The translations under genes and the position numbers were made by a program. From NCBI GenBank assembly GCA_028822385.1, contig JAPKDV010000001.1, positions 4,509 to 68,508 of the forward strand: 64,000 nucleotides of DNA, given 5' to 3'. Of this stretch, positions 8,432-17,343 are shown one piece after another. Source of the DNA: Alphaproteobacteria bacterium (GTDB lineage Bacteria > Pseudomonadota > Alphaproteobacteria > UBA6615). Position 1 is the first letter of the stretch. Each line of letters starts with the position of its first letter. Below the pieces are notes generated by a model. That model had not been told where the DNA came from and did no database searches. It saw only the letters and a program-made list of their open reading frames with translations.

Positions 8432-10172
8432 CCTTTTTTATGGGTGCGGTGCGGTTGTCGACGCCCGGTAGCATTTTGCCGGCGTCACGGGTTACAACGA
8501 TATCAATCACATTCGGTTTGTCGCGGCTTTTCAGAGCCGTGCGGAAGGCACTGGCTAGCTGATCAGGGTGTTCAACGCGTATGCCGCGGCAACCAAGGTT
8601 TTCCGCAATATTAGCATAATTCAACTCAGATAGATCAGCGGATTGGTAACGACCGCCGAACATCGCGTGTTGCAGCGCCTTGATGTAGCCGGAAGCTGCA
8701 TTGTTTACGACCAGCACCGTCACCGGAACGTTCAGACGCGCAGCGGTTTCCAGGTCACCTAGCGTCATGTTTAATCCGCCATCACCGGTAAGCGTAAATA
8801 CGGGCCGGTCGGGTGCTGCCAGTTGCGCACCGATACCGCCCGACACGCCGTAACCGATCGAGGCCATGCCACGATCGGGGATATAGCCGCGCCCGGCTTG
8901 CTTAGTGTCGTAGATCAAACCTGTCCAATGGGCGGCAAAGCCACCATCGGCAACTAGGATGGCGTCTTTGGGCAACACGTTGTTCAACTCGTGGACCATG
9001 CGCGCCATGTTGACGGGCACTTCGTCCGAGGTGAGGCGCTCTTCAACTTCGGCACGCCATTTGGTCTTTCCTGCACTGACTTCGGTGATGAAACTGGCGC
9101 GTTTGGCCCGGCGTTTATCGGCCCCGTCCGACAGGGCTTCACGTAAGTCGCGCAAACTTTCTCGTGCGTCACCGCACAACGCCACATCGGTGCGCGCCCA
9201 GCGGCCGATTTCTTCGGCCATAATATCAAGGTGAATGATCGGGATACCCGAGCGAGGCACAGTGTAGCGCTTGGTGGCGATTTCCCCGAGTTTGCAGCCG
9301 ACGACGAAAATTGTATCCGCAGTTTCGAGCACATCATTGGCGGTACGTGAGTAGCGCCCAAATAGTCCGATTGAAAGGTCGTGGATGCACGCGATGGATC
9401 CCTTGCCCGACAAAGTGTGACCCACCGGGATCGACTGCTCTTCAGCGAATGCTGTCAGTTCGTCTTGCGCACCAGAGATGTGAATGCCGCCACCTGCGAG
9501 GATGACCGGGCGTTCGGCATCGGCAAGAAGGGTGATGGCTCGCTCTAGGTCGTCACGTGCGGGACGCGTACGCCGCGACGGCGCATGGGTTGTTGTCGGG
9601 TCTGCAAATATATCGTCAGCATCGAACTCAAATACGCCGTGGCAAATATCCTCGGGCACATCGAGAAGCACTGGCCCGGGGCGCCCGGACGTTGCGATCG
9701 TGTAGGCGTAGCGGATGTGTTCAGGGATTCGTGTTCCGACTTCGATTCTGATGACCTCTTTCACTGCTGGGCGTAGCATTTCGACCTGTCTTGTCTCCTG
9801 GGTCATGTTTTTCCAAGCATGCTCGCGATTGGTGTCGCCAATCATCGCTATCATCGGAATGCCTGCGTTAAGAGATTCCGTCAGTGAGGTAAGGAGGTTG
9901 GTTGCGCCGGGCCCGAGGGTAGCGTCGCAAACACCGGGGCGACCGGTGACCCGTGCCCAGGCATCGGCCATGAAGGCTCCGCTGCGCTCATCGTTAATCA
10001 GGGTGTGCTGCATTCCGAGTTCGCGCACGGCATCGTAGAATGGTAGCAGTTGGAACCCGGCCATACCGAACATCGGACCCACTTCGTGGAGCTTGAACAT
10101 CTCGGCAATGGCTTCGCCACCCGACATCTCAATTTTGACGTTTCTGCCATCGGCCACTGACTGATCGCTCAT
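8415..10172 (-). CDS. thiamine-pyrophosphate enzyme of the acetolactate synthase / oxalyl-CoA decarboxylase / 2-hydroxyacyl-CoA lyase superfamily
   Basis: 585 aa; TPP_N, central and TPP_C domains (GPGATNLLT...; TLTGDGG...VLVVNN); overlaps the E1 alpha gene by 17 bp, implying an operon. Confidence 0.75.
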   Translation of the reverse strand: MSDQSVADGRNVKIEMSGGEAIAEMFKLHEVGPMFGMAGFQLLPFYDAVRELGMQHTLINDERSGAFMADAWARVTGRPGVCDATLGPGATNLLTSLTESLNAGIPMIAMIGDTNREHAWKNMTQETRQVEMLRPAVKEVIRIEVGTRIPEHIRYAYTIATSGRPGPVLLDVPEDICHGVFEFDADDIFADPTTTHAPSRRTRPARDDLERAITLLADAERPVILAGGGIHISGAQDELTAFAEEQSIPVGHTLSGKGSIACIHDLSIGLFGRYSRTANDVLETADTIFVVGCKLGEIATKRYTVPRSGIPIIHLDIMAEEIGRWARTDVALCGDARESLRDLREALSDGADKRRAKRASFITEVSAGKTKWRAEVEERLTSDEVPVNMARMVHELNNVLPKDAILVADGGFAAHWTGLIYDTKQAGRGYIPDRGMASIGYGVSGGIGAQLAAPDRPVFTLTGDGGLNMTLGDLETAARLNVPVTVLVVNNAASGYIKALQHAMFGGRYQSADLSELNYANIAENLGCRGIRVEHPDQLASAFRTALKSRDKPNVIDIVVTRDAGKMLPGVDNRTAPIKKGDRIA

Positions 10173-10298
10173 TACACATTCCCCTAAAACACATTCACCG
10201 CCGGCTTGTCCTCTACCGGTCGAATTTGTGCAAGGATAGTAGCACTGAACTTCCGCTAGAGAACGCGGAGGCTATGATATTTTGGAGGAGAGCTAGAC

Positions 10299-11300
10299 AT
10301 GGCAAGGAATTTGGCCAACGAGCCGGCCCGCGTTGCTGTGATGTTTCGCAAGATGCTGGTCATCAGAGCTTTTGAGGAAGCCGCTGGAGAAAACTTTTTT
10401 GCAGGTCATATACGAGGATCGGTGCATCAATATATAGGCGAAGAATCTATTGCCGTCGGAATTTGCGAGAACCTGCGTGACGATGACTATCTGACCAGTA
10501 ATCACCGCGGTCATGGCCACTCCATTGCTAAAGGTGCCGACCCGCGCGCTATGATGCTGGAGCTCTTTGGTAAGGTTGGGGGTACTAGCAATGGCAAGGG
10601 GGGCTCCATGCATATCGCGGATTTCTCGGTAGGTATGCTGGGCGCAAACGGTGTAATTGCCGATGGTTGCACCATTTCGGTAGGGGCAGCACAGGCCGTT
10701 AAGCTACTCGGGCAGGATCGTATCGTCGTGAACTTCATCGGTGATGGTGGGATCAATCGCGGCCCGTTTATGGAGGCGCTTAATTGGGCCAAGGTCTATG
10801 AGCTTCCGGTACTCTTTGTTTGTGAGAATAATCAGATTGCCGCTAGCACGACAACGCGGTTGGTTACGGCTGGTGGGGGTATTGCCAAACGCGCCGAGAG
10901 TTTCGATGTGCCTGCGATTACGATCGACGGGAATGACTTGTTCGCGGTCGATAGCACAGCGGGACGGGTAGTTTCTGAAATTCGAAATGGTTCCGGGCCG
11001 CAACTGATTCAGGCGATGACCTATCGTCTGCGTGGGCACTTTGCCCATGACGACGCGGGCTACCGTGATGCTGGTGAAGCCGAAGCGGCCTTGGAGCACG
11101 AACCCATTCGGCGTACCGAATCCTGGCTTCTGGAAAACGGGCTGTCCCAAGACGAAATCGATGGCATGCGCGACGAGGTGAAGGCGGAAATTACAGGTTT
11201 TGTGGAGGATGCCGAACAAGCTGACTGGCCCGATCCATCCCTGGCTTTCACCGATGTTCAGGATGTTGGTGCGCCGATTGTTCCGGGAGCTGAACAATGA
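10299..11300 (+). CDS. TPP-dependent 2-oxoacid dehydrogenase E1 component alpha subunit, copy B
   Basis: 333 aa; about 60% identical to copy A (shared HRGHGHSIAKGADP, GGSMHIADFSVGMLGANGV). Confidence 0.8.
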   Translation: MARNLANEPARVAVMFRKMLVIRAFEEAAGENFFAGHIRGSVHQYIGEESIAVGICENLRDDDYLTSNHRGHGHSIAKGADPRAMMLELFGKVGGTSNGKGGSMHIADFSVGMLGANGVIADGCTISVGAAQAVKLLGQDRIVVNFIGDGGINRGPFMEALNWAKVYELPVLFVCENNQIAASTTTRLVTAGGGIAKRAESFDVPAITIDGNDLFAVDSTAGRVVSEIRNGSGPQLIQAMTYRLRGHFAHDDAGYRDAGEAEAALEHEPIRRTESWLLENGLSQDEIDGMRDEVKAEITGFVEDAEQADWPDPSLAFTDVQDVGAPIVPGAEQ

Positions 11301-12262
11301 GTGAGATGACCTACGCACAGGCCGCGCGATTGGGCTTACAGGAAGAGATGCGTCGGGATCCCACCGTTTGGGCGTTGGGGGAGGACCTCGGCTACGAAGG
11401 CGGAATGGCTGGTCAGTATAGCGACCTGCAGGCCGAATTCGGAGACGACCGGATTGTGGATACACCTATTTCAGAATCAACAATCATGGGAGCCGCAGTT
11501 GGTGCGGCGATGGGAGGAACGCGGCCTATTGCCGAGTTGCGCTTCTCGGATTTTGCTATGTGTGCCGTAGATGAGCTCGTTAATCAGGCTGCCAAGGCAC
11601 GCTATATGTTTGGCGGCCAGGCGCGGGTGCCGATGGTGGCTCGCATGCCAATCGGAATACGCGGCGGTGTCGCGGCTCAGCATTCTCAGTCACCGGAGGC
11701 CTGGTACACCCATGTGCCCGGTCTTGTTGTAGTCACGCCCGGAACACCGGCGGAGAACCGCGGGCTGCTTAAATCTTCGATTCGCTGCGACGATCCGGTT
11801 GTTTACATGGAACATAAGGGATTGTGGGGCATGACCGGCCAAGTTGATGAGAGCGATCAATCGGCTATTCCTCTGGGCGTAGCGCGGACGGTTCGTGACG
11901 GTAGAGATATAACTATTGTTAGTTGGTCGGCACAGGTGGGTGTTGTGTCCGAAGCAGCGGCAGCGCTTTCGGGTGAGGGTATATCTGTTGAAGTCATCGA
12001 CCTGCGCACGCTATGGCCATGGGACCGTGAAGCCGTGATGGCTTCAGTTTCGAAGACCGGGAAGCTGCTTGTTGTACACGAAGCTGTTCGTGTTGGTGGT
12101 TTTGGTGGCGAGATTGCTGCCGAGGTTGCAGAAGAACTCGGTGTGCCTGTGGCGCGACTTGGCGGTGAACGTATTCCGATCCCGTTCTCTATTCCGCTAG
12201 AAGAAGCCTACAAGATCAAATCTGACCGTATTGCAGCACGGGTCAGGGAAATGCTCGCCTAA
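11297..12262 (+). CDS. 2-oxoacid dehydrogenase E1 component beta subunit, copy B
   Basis: 321 aa; paralog of 6408-7391; overlaps E1 alpha copy B by 4 bp. Confidence 0.8.
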   Translation: MSEMTYAQAARLGLQEEMRRDPTVWALGEDLGYEGGMAGQYSDLQAEFGDDRIVDTPISESTIMGAAVGAAMGGTRPIAELRFSDFAMCAVDELVNQAAKARYMFGGQARVPMVARMPIGIRGGVAAQHSQSPEAWYTHVPGLVVVTPGTPAENRGLLKSSIRCDDPVVYMEHKGLWGMTGQVDESDQSAIPLGVARTVRDGRDITIVSWSAQVGVVSEAAAALSGEGISVEVIDLRTLWPWDREAVMASVSKTGKLLVVHEAVRVGGFGGEIAAEVAEELGVPVARLGGERIPIPFSIPLEEAYKIKSDRIAARVREMLA

Positions 12263-13068
12263 GCGTCGTCCTGCGCACTGTCGATCATTTTCTGAACGAA
12301 GGCTTTGCAGCTCATGCTGACACGCGCACCACGTGCGCGCGCTGTTTCGTTGATATGCGAGATGATGCCGTCTTCGTAAGTGGAGCGCGCATCACCGATT
12401 CGCGCACTTTCAGTAGAGACGGTTGCGCCTGCGATAGCCCGAATGTCTAGATCGGGTAGGCGGGTCGGATCGCCTGATCCCGCGTCGTTGAATACCGCCG
12501 CGAGAACATCCGGTCGTGCCCCCCAGCTTGGTGATTCCCGAAGTAGATCACCGTGGGATGCTGTGACGACGATCTGACCTTTATCTTCAGTCTTCACTAG
12601 GGATGTCGAGTCGCAGCCAATGACGCTTGGGCTGTTAGGGCTCTCTCGCAGAATAAACCGCGCTTCCGCGTAGCGAGCCACTTCGCCGCCAATACCTCGA
12701 ACCGCACCCATGGTTCGTGCGCACGACATGGCGGGTTGTCCAACGCTACATCCGGCATCTCGAGCTGTCTGGTTGATGTGGCTGATCACGCCGGTGTCGG
12801 CCATGGCCTGACCATCGCCGATACGTGCGCTCTGGTAATTGATCGTTGCACATGCAATGCCGAGTTCATCGAGATAGGGCAGGGACGAAATGCCAGCTTG
12901 ATCCTTACCAATACCCGCATCGTGTAGGATGACCCCGCGGAGACCTGCGCGCGCAGCAAGATATCCGGCATAGGCGCCACCATGCGAGGCGGCAATTGCG
13001 ACAGATCCAAGATCACTTCGTTGAAACTTGGTCACGGAATCAACGACGAGAATTTTTTTTGCGCTCAT
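12259..13068 (-). CDS. hypothetical protein built from two ~130-aa internal repeats (unassigned family)
   Basis: 269 aa; repeat 1 (VAIAASHGG...DAGIG...SARIGDGQAMADTGVISHINQTARDAGC) and repeat 2 (IVVTASHGD...DAGSG...SARIGDARSTYEDGIISHINETARARGA) share the same motif order. Confidence 0.5.
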   Translation of the reverse strand: MSAKKILVVDSVTKFQRSDLGSVAIAASHGGAYAGYLAARAGLRGVILHDAGIGKDQAGISSLPYLDELGIACATINYQSARIGDGQAMADTGVISHINQTARDAGCSVGQPAMSCARTMGAVRGIGGEVARYAEARFILRESPNSPSVIGCDSTSLVKTEDKGQIVVTASHGDLLRESPSWGARPDVLAAVFNDAGSGDPTRLPDLDIRAIAGATVSTESARIGDARSTYEDGIISHINETARARGARVSMSCKAFVQKMIDSAQDDA

Positions 13069-13133
13069 TTAGGGCCTTCTACCTTTATTGGTAATCCCGG
13101 GACTGGTTAGCGATTTTTTTCATAAATCGCCAT

Positions 13134-14780
13134 TCAGGCCGGTCGGTTTGGACGACCCAAAAGACCCCGCGCAATGATACCGGCCTGGATCTCTGCTGCG
13201 CCTTCAAAAATGTTTAAAATACGCGCATCACAGAGCACGCGGGAGATATCGTACTCCTCGGCATAGCCATTGCCGCCGTGGATCTGCAGCGCGTTATCCG
13301 CGTTCGACCAGGCAACTCGTGCACCGAGCAACTTTGCCATGCCTGCCTCGATATCGCAGCGCTGGCCAGAATCCTTTTGACGGGCTGCAAAATACGCTAA
13401 TTGTCGTGCAATCATGGTCTCTGTAGCCATCCAGCCAAGCTTGCCGCCGACCCGAGAAAATTTGATGATTGGGCGGCGGAATTGTTCTCGGTCGCTGGCA
13501 TAGCCGAAGCCTAGTTCCAGCGCGTTTTGAGCGACACCCACGGCACGGGCCGCAGTCTGGATGCGTGCGGTCTCAAAGGTTGCCATCAGCTGTTTGAAGC
13601 CTTCACCCTCGCGCCCGCCTAGGAGGCTATCGGCAGGTATTTCAAATCTGTCAAAGCCAAGCTCATATTCTTTCATGCCGCGATAGCCGAGTACCCGGAT
13701 TTCCGAACCCACCATGCCATCGGCGGGGAAGGGGTTGTCTTCGGTACCGCGCGGCTTTTCGGCCAAGAACATGGACAGCCCCCGATAGCCATCCTCATCT
13801 GCGTCTGTCCGCACCATCAACGTCATCAGATCGGTGCGCGCGGCGTGTGTGATCCAGATTTTGTTACCTTTGACCCGATAGAGATCTCCATCTCGGGTAG
13901 CCCGGGTACGGATATGGGCCAGATCCGAGCCGTGATTGGGCTCGGTGAACACCGCGGTCGGTAGGATTTCCCCTGCCGCAATGGGTACCAGGTATTTGTC
14001 CTTTTGTTCCTGCGTTCCGTTCACGCGGATCAACTCTGCAGCGATTTCAGAGCGTGTGCCCAGCGATCCCACGCCGATATAGCCACGCGATAGCTCTTCT
14101 GTAACGACGCACATGGCGATCTTGTCGAGCCCCAGCCCACCGTCTTCTTCTGGAATGGTCAGCCCGAACACTCCGAGTTCGGCCATTTCCTTAATGATTT
14201 CTAGCGGGATCAGCTCGTCCTTCACATGCCATTCATGGCAATGGGGAGAGACCTTCTCGTCGGAAAACCGGCGGAACTGATCTGCAATCATTCCATGTGT
14301 TTCGTCCAGACCCCGATCGCCGAAATCACCACTCCGCGTGCCTAGCGTCTCGGCGATATCCTGACGAACGGCAATGCTGTCACCCTTGCTCATTAGCGCG
14401 CGCGCTGCGCCGCTGTTAAAGAATGTGCTTTCGTCTAGTCCTAGATCACCTGGGCGAGCGATTTCGTCCTGGCTCATGGCGATGCCGTATTTTAGCTGCT
14501 TGAGGTAACTCCCAAAGCCGCAGCTCAGGATCATGACCTCCAGATTAGACAGCCGGCCCTCGTTTTCTAGCCGTTCGGCCCAGCCGAGCAGCTGCTCCAG
14601 CGCAGTGACATATGTACTCATCCACGCAAATCCGTGCAGCGCGAACTGATGCTCGTCGAGCTTTTTCGGTTCCACCGGGCCACCCGGGGCGGCAAGCATA
14701 GCGGCAGCTTGTCCGGCGGCCTCCCGAAAGGCCTGGCCGTCAGGTAGCGCTGCGCGGCAAAGCGTGATCGTGTCATTCAT
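13134..14780 (-). CDS. acyl-CoA dehydrogenase family protein with a ~170-aa N-terminal extension
   Basis: 548 aa; C-terminal ACAD motifs (QIHGGNGYAEEYDISRVLCDARILNIFEGAAEIQ) preceded by an unusual long N-terminal region. Confidence 0.75.
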   Translation of the reverse strand: MNDTITLCRAALPDGQAFREAAGQAAAMLAAPGGPVEPKKLDEHQFALHGFAWMSTYVTALEQLLGWAERLENEGRLSNLEVMILSCGFGSYLKQLKYGIAMSQDEIARPGDLGLDESTFFNSGAARALMSKGDSIAVRQDIAETLGTRSGDFGDRGLDETHGMIADQFRRFSDEKVSPHCHEWHVKDELIPLEIIKEMAELGVFGLTIPEEDGGLGLDKIAMCVVTEELSRGYIGVGSLGTRSEIAAELIRVNGTQEQKDKYLVPIAAGEILPTAVFTEPNHGSDLAHIRTRATRDGDLYRVKGNKIWITHAARTDLMTLMVRTDADEDGYRGLSMFLAEKPRGTEDNPFPADGMVGSEIRVLGYRGMKEYELGFDRFEIPADSLLGGREGEGFKQLMATFETARIQTAARAVGVAQNALELGFGYASDREQFRRPIIKFSRVGGKLGWMATETMIARQLAYFAARQKDSGQRCDIEAGMAKLLGARVAWSNADNALQIHGGNGYAEEYDISRVLCDARILNIFEGAAEIQAGIIARGLLGRPNRPA

Positions 14781-14910
14781 CGGTGTGCTCTCTCTCTAAA
14801 TATCCCTACCCTGAGCCTGACCTAAGATCTAAACTAGGGATGAGGGTGTTCGCCCTCATACTTCGACAGGTTCATCATTATGGATACTTTTACGTCGTTC
14901 CAAATGGCTG

Positions 14911-16128
14911 TCAGTCAATCATTCCCGTCACGATTCCTGTATCATGCAACTTGCCGATTTCTCCGTCGCTCAGGCCTAGTTCGCCTGACAATATCTCATC
15001 CGTGTGTTCGCCAAGAATCGGAGCGCGGGGGTATTCCCGCTCAAAGGACCCAAACTTGTGCGGGGATCCTGGCGCTAGATAGGTGCCGATACCCGGTTGG
15101 TCGATCTCAGCGAACAGTGGATTGGCCGTTGAAGCGCGGGGGTCGTCGGCCACCATCTGGCTAAAGGTCTGGTAGGGTCCCCAGCACACATTGTGAGCAT
15201 CGAACGCCGTGCGGATTTCTTCGAGCGTGTGGGTTGCGCACCAGTCTCCAATCGGGCCAGCAATCGCGTCCCGCGCGGCGTAGCGGTCGTCCTCTCGTCT
15301 AAAGTCCAGTTTGGTTTTGGCTTCCAGTTTGGCCATGATATCCGCTGTGCCGGTGGCCTCCACCAGCTTCTTCCACTGAGGGACGGACACGGCGATTATC
15401 ATCACTTGCCGCCCGTCCTTGGTGGGGAAGTCGCGCCCATAGCTGCCATAGACGTCATTGTCGATGTGTGGGCGGGAGACCCCGTTGATCTGCACTTCGC
15501 CGATATAACCAAGATTGCCCACAGTCGCGAAGGCCATATCGGCCAGCGAGAGGGAGACATACTGGCCTTCACCAGTAATCCGCCGGTGCCGCTCGGCCCC
15601 CAGCAGGCCTGTCGCGGCTGCATAACCTGTGGAGACATCCCAGCCGGGAAAAACCTGGTTCACTGGGTTTTCTTCCGCGCCGGGACCCGTCACATACGGA
15701 AATCCGACCGCGGCGTTGACAGTGTAATCAACGGCGACTGAGCCATCCGGATTACCCAGAATGTTGAGCGCGATCAGATCCGCACGCTTGGCCCGCAGCG
15801 CCTCATAAGACAGCCATCCCTTCATCGGGAAGTTTGTCAGCAGGATGCCGCGATCCTCGCCGGGCTGGGTTATCAGGTTGCTAAGGAGTTCCTGGCCTTC
15901 AGCCTTACGAAAATCCACCGCGATGGAGCGCTTGCCCTTGTTCAGTCCGGCCCAATAGATCGAGTTACCCTCGGCGGTTACGGGCCAGCGCTTGTAGTCA
16001 ATCCCGCCACCGATCATGTCAAAGCGGATCACGTCAGCGCCCAGTTGCGCGAGCGTCATTCCGCAGGTAGGTGCCGCGACAAAGGCCGAACCTTCGACCA
16101 CGCGCATTCCAGAGAGAACGCCAGTCAT
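14911..16128 (-). CDS. CoA-transferase family III (CaiB/BaiF/Frc-like) protein
   Basis: The ORF track extends to 16230, but the conserved N-terminus MTGVLSGMRVVEGSAFVAAPTCGMTLAQLGADVIRFD begins at the internal Met (~16128). Confidence 0.75.
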   Translation of the reverse strand: MTGVLSGMRVVEGSAFVAAPTCGMTLAQLGADVIRFDMIGGGIDYKRWPVTAEGNSIYWAGLNKGKRSIAVDFRKAEGQELLSNLITQPGEDRGILLTNFPMKGWLSYEALRAKRADLIALNILGNPDGSVAVDYTVNAAVGFPYVTGPGAEENPVNQVFPGWDVSTGYAAATGLLGAERHRRITGEGQYVSLSLADMAFATVGNLGYIGEVQINGVSRPHIDNDVYGSYGRDFPTKDGRQVMIIAVSVPQWKKLVEATGTADIMAKLEAKTKLDFRREDDRYAARDAIAGPIGDWCATHTLEEIRTAFDAHNVCWGPYQTFSQMVADDPRASTANPLFAEIDQPGIGTYLAPGSPHKFGSFEREYPRAPILGEHTDEILSGELGLSDGEIGKLHDTGIVTGMID

Positions 16129-16322
16129 GAGAGTGCCTTCTCGAGCATTCTCACCCTGAGCCGCTCGCAGGGCAAGGCTTCCCCTGGCTCTTGCTTCGTT
16201 AGATTCAGCATGAATGCAGGAGTTATACATTGGTACTTGGTGGCTTGTGGCACGTAACTTCCCCCAATGACGAACGGTGTTGTGGCGTCTAGAATTACTG
16301 CAACGTTATCATTTTTAAGGAA

Positions 16323-17030
16323 ATGTTCGAAATGGCTGGAAGTGAAAATTTAAGTGCCGCGCTGACCTCTGAACTGTTGGCCGCCGCCGCGCAGATCGAC
16401 AGTTCCACACTGCATGAGGCTGCCGGGCGGATTGGCTCGTTGCCGTCCGCCATCAAGGCAATCGCTCCGGGTATGAAAATCTGTGGCCCGGCCTTTCCGG
16501 TCAAGGGTCCACCGCTGGACAACCTTGCCATTCACTTCGCCATTGATGAGGCCCAACCCGGCGACGTGATCGTCGCTGATGTCAGTGGCGGCTATGAGGG
16601 CGGTTATTTCGGGGAGGTGATGGCAACCTCGGCCAAGTCTCGAAAGCTCGGCGGACTAGTGATTGACGGCTGTGTCCGTGACGGCGCGGCGCTGGCTGAG
16701 AAAGGCTGGCCAGTTTTTGCCCGGGGCCTTTGCATGCGTGGTACCCTGAAAGACCTTAACGGTGACTTTAAAATCAATGAGACCCTGGCCTTTGGCGATG
16801 TGATAATCACGCCGGGCGACTTGGTGCTCGGAGACGGTGACGGCGTGGTGGTGATTCCCAAAGGGATGGTCGCAGAGGTCATCGATGACTCAATTATGCG
16901 TGAGGCGGAAGAAGCGGAAATGATGCAAAAGTTGAAGACCGGCGTGACGGCGGTGAAACTTCGTGGTTGGAAACGGCGTCAAGCTCAGAAGAACGATAAA
17001 GATTTTTTACAAATAAAATCATTAGGTTAG
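16323..17030 (+). CDS. RraA-family protein (RraA / 4-hydroxy-4-methyl-2-oxoglutarate aldolase-like)
   Basis: 235 aa; GDVIVADVSGG...GEVMATSAKSRKLGGLVIDGCVRD matches the RraA-like fold. Confidence 0.7.
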   Translation: MFEMAGSENLSAALTSELLAAAAQIDSSTLHEAAGRIGSLPSAIKAIAPGMKICGPAFPVKGPPLDNLAIHFAIDEAQPGDVIVADVSGGYEGGYFGEVMATSAKSRKLGGLVIDGCVRDGAALAEKGWPVFARGLCMRGTLKDLNGDFKINETLAFGDVIITPGDLVLGDGDGVVVIPKGMVAEVIDDSIMREAEEAEMMQKLKTGVTAVKLRGWKRRQAQKNDKDFLQIKSLG

Positions 17031-17343
17031 CTCTCCTACTGATAAGTATTATGACCATAAACACCCCGTCTTCAGAGTGTTTCCCTTTGCGGAGTTGATT
17101 TCGAAAAACAAGAGATTTATTTACTCTTAACGGGTGCGAAAATGACCCGGTTTGGGTAAACTCTGTATGTTCTAAAACCACATTGTTGGTCATAGGCATT
17201 CGCCGGCCCAAAGGCCGCGCGGAGTTTTGTCGTCGGGACCCTAACGCTAAGAAAACCGGGGCACACTGGTGGTGCGAGGGAACAGATACATGACACAGAG
17301 AGAAGCACAGTTGTGCTTGGTAGGATCGGGAAGTGAAGGCGAC

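Noticed and set aside
13085-13112. Short inverted repeat GCGATTT...AAATCGC between the ACAD gene and the repeat-protein gene
   Set aside because: The stem is only 7 bp and the T-run lies in the loop rather than downstream; it is too weak to call a terminator.
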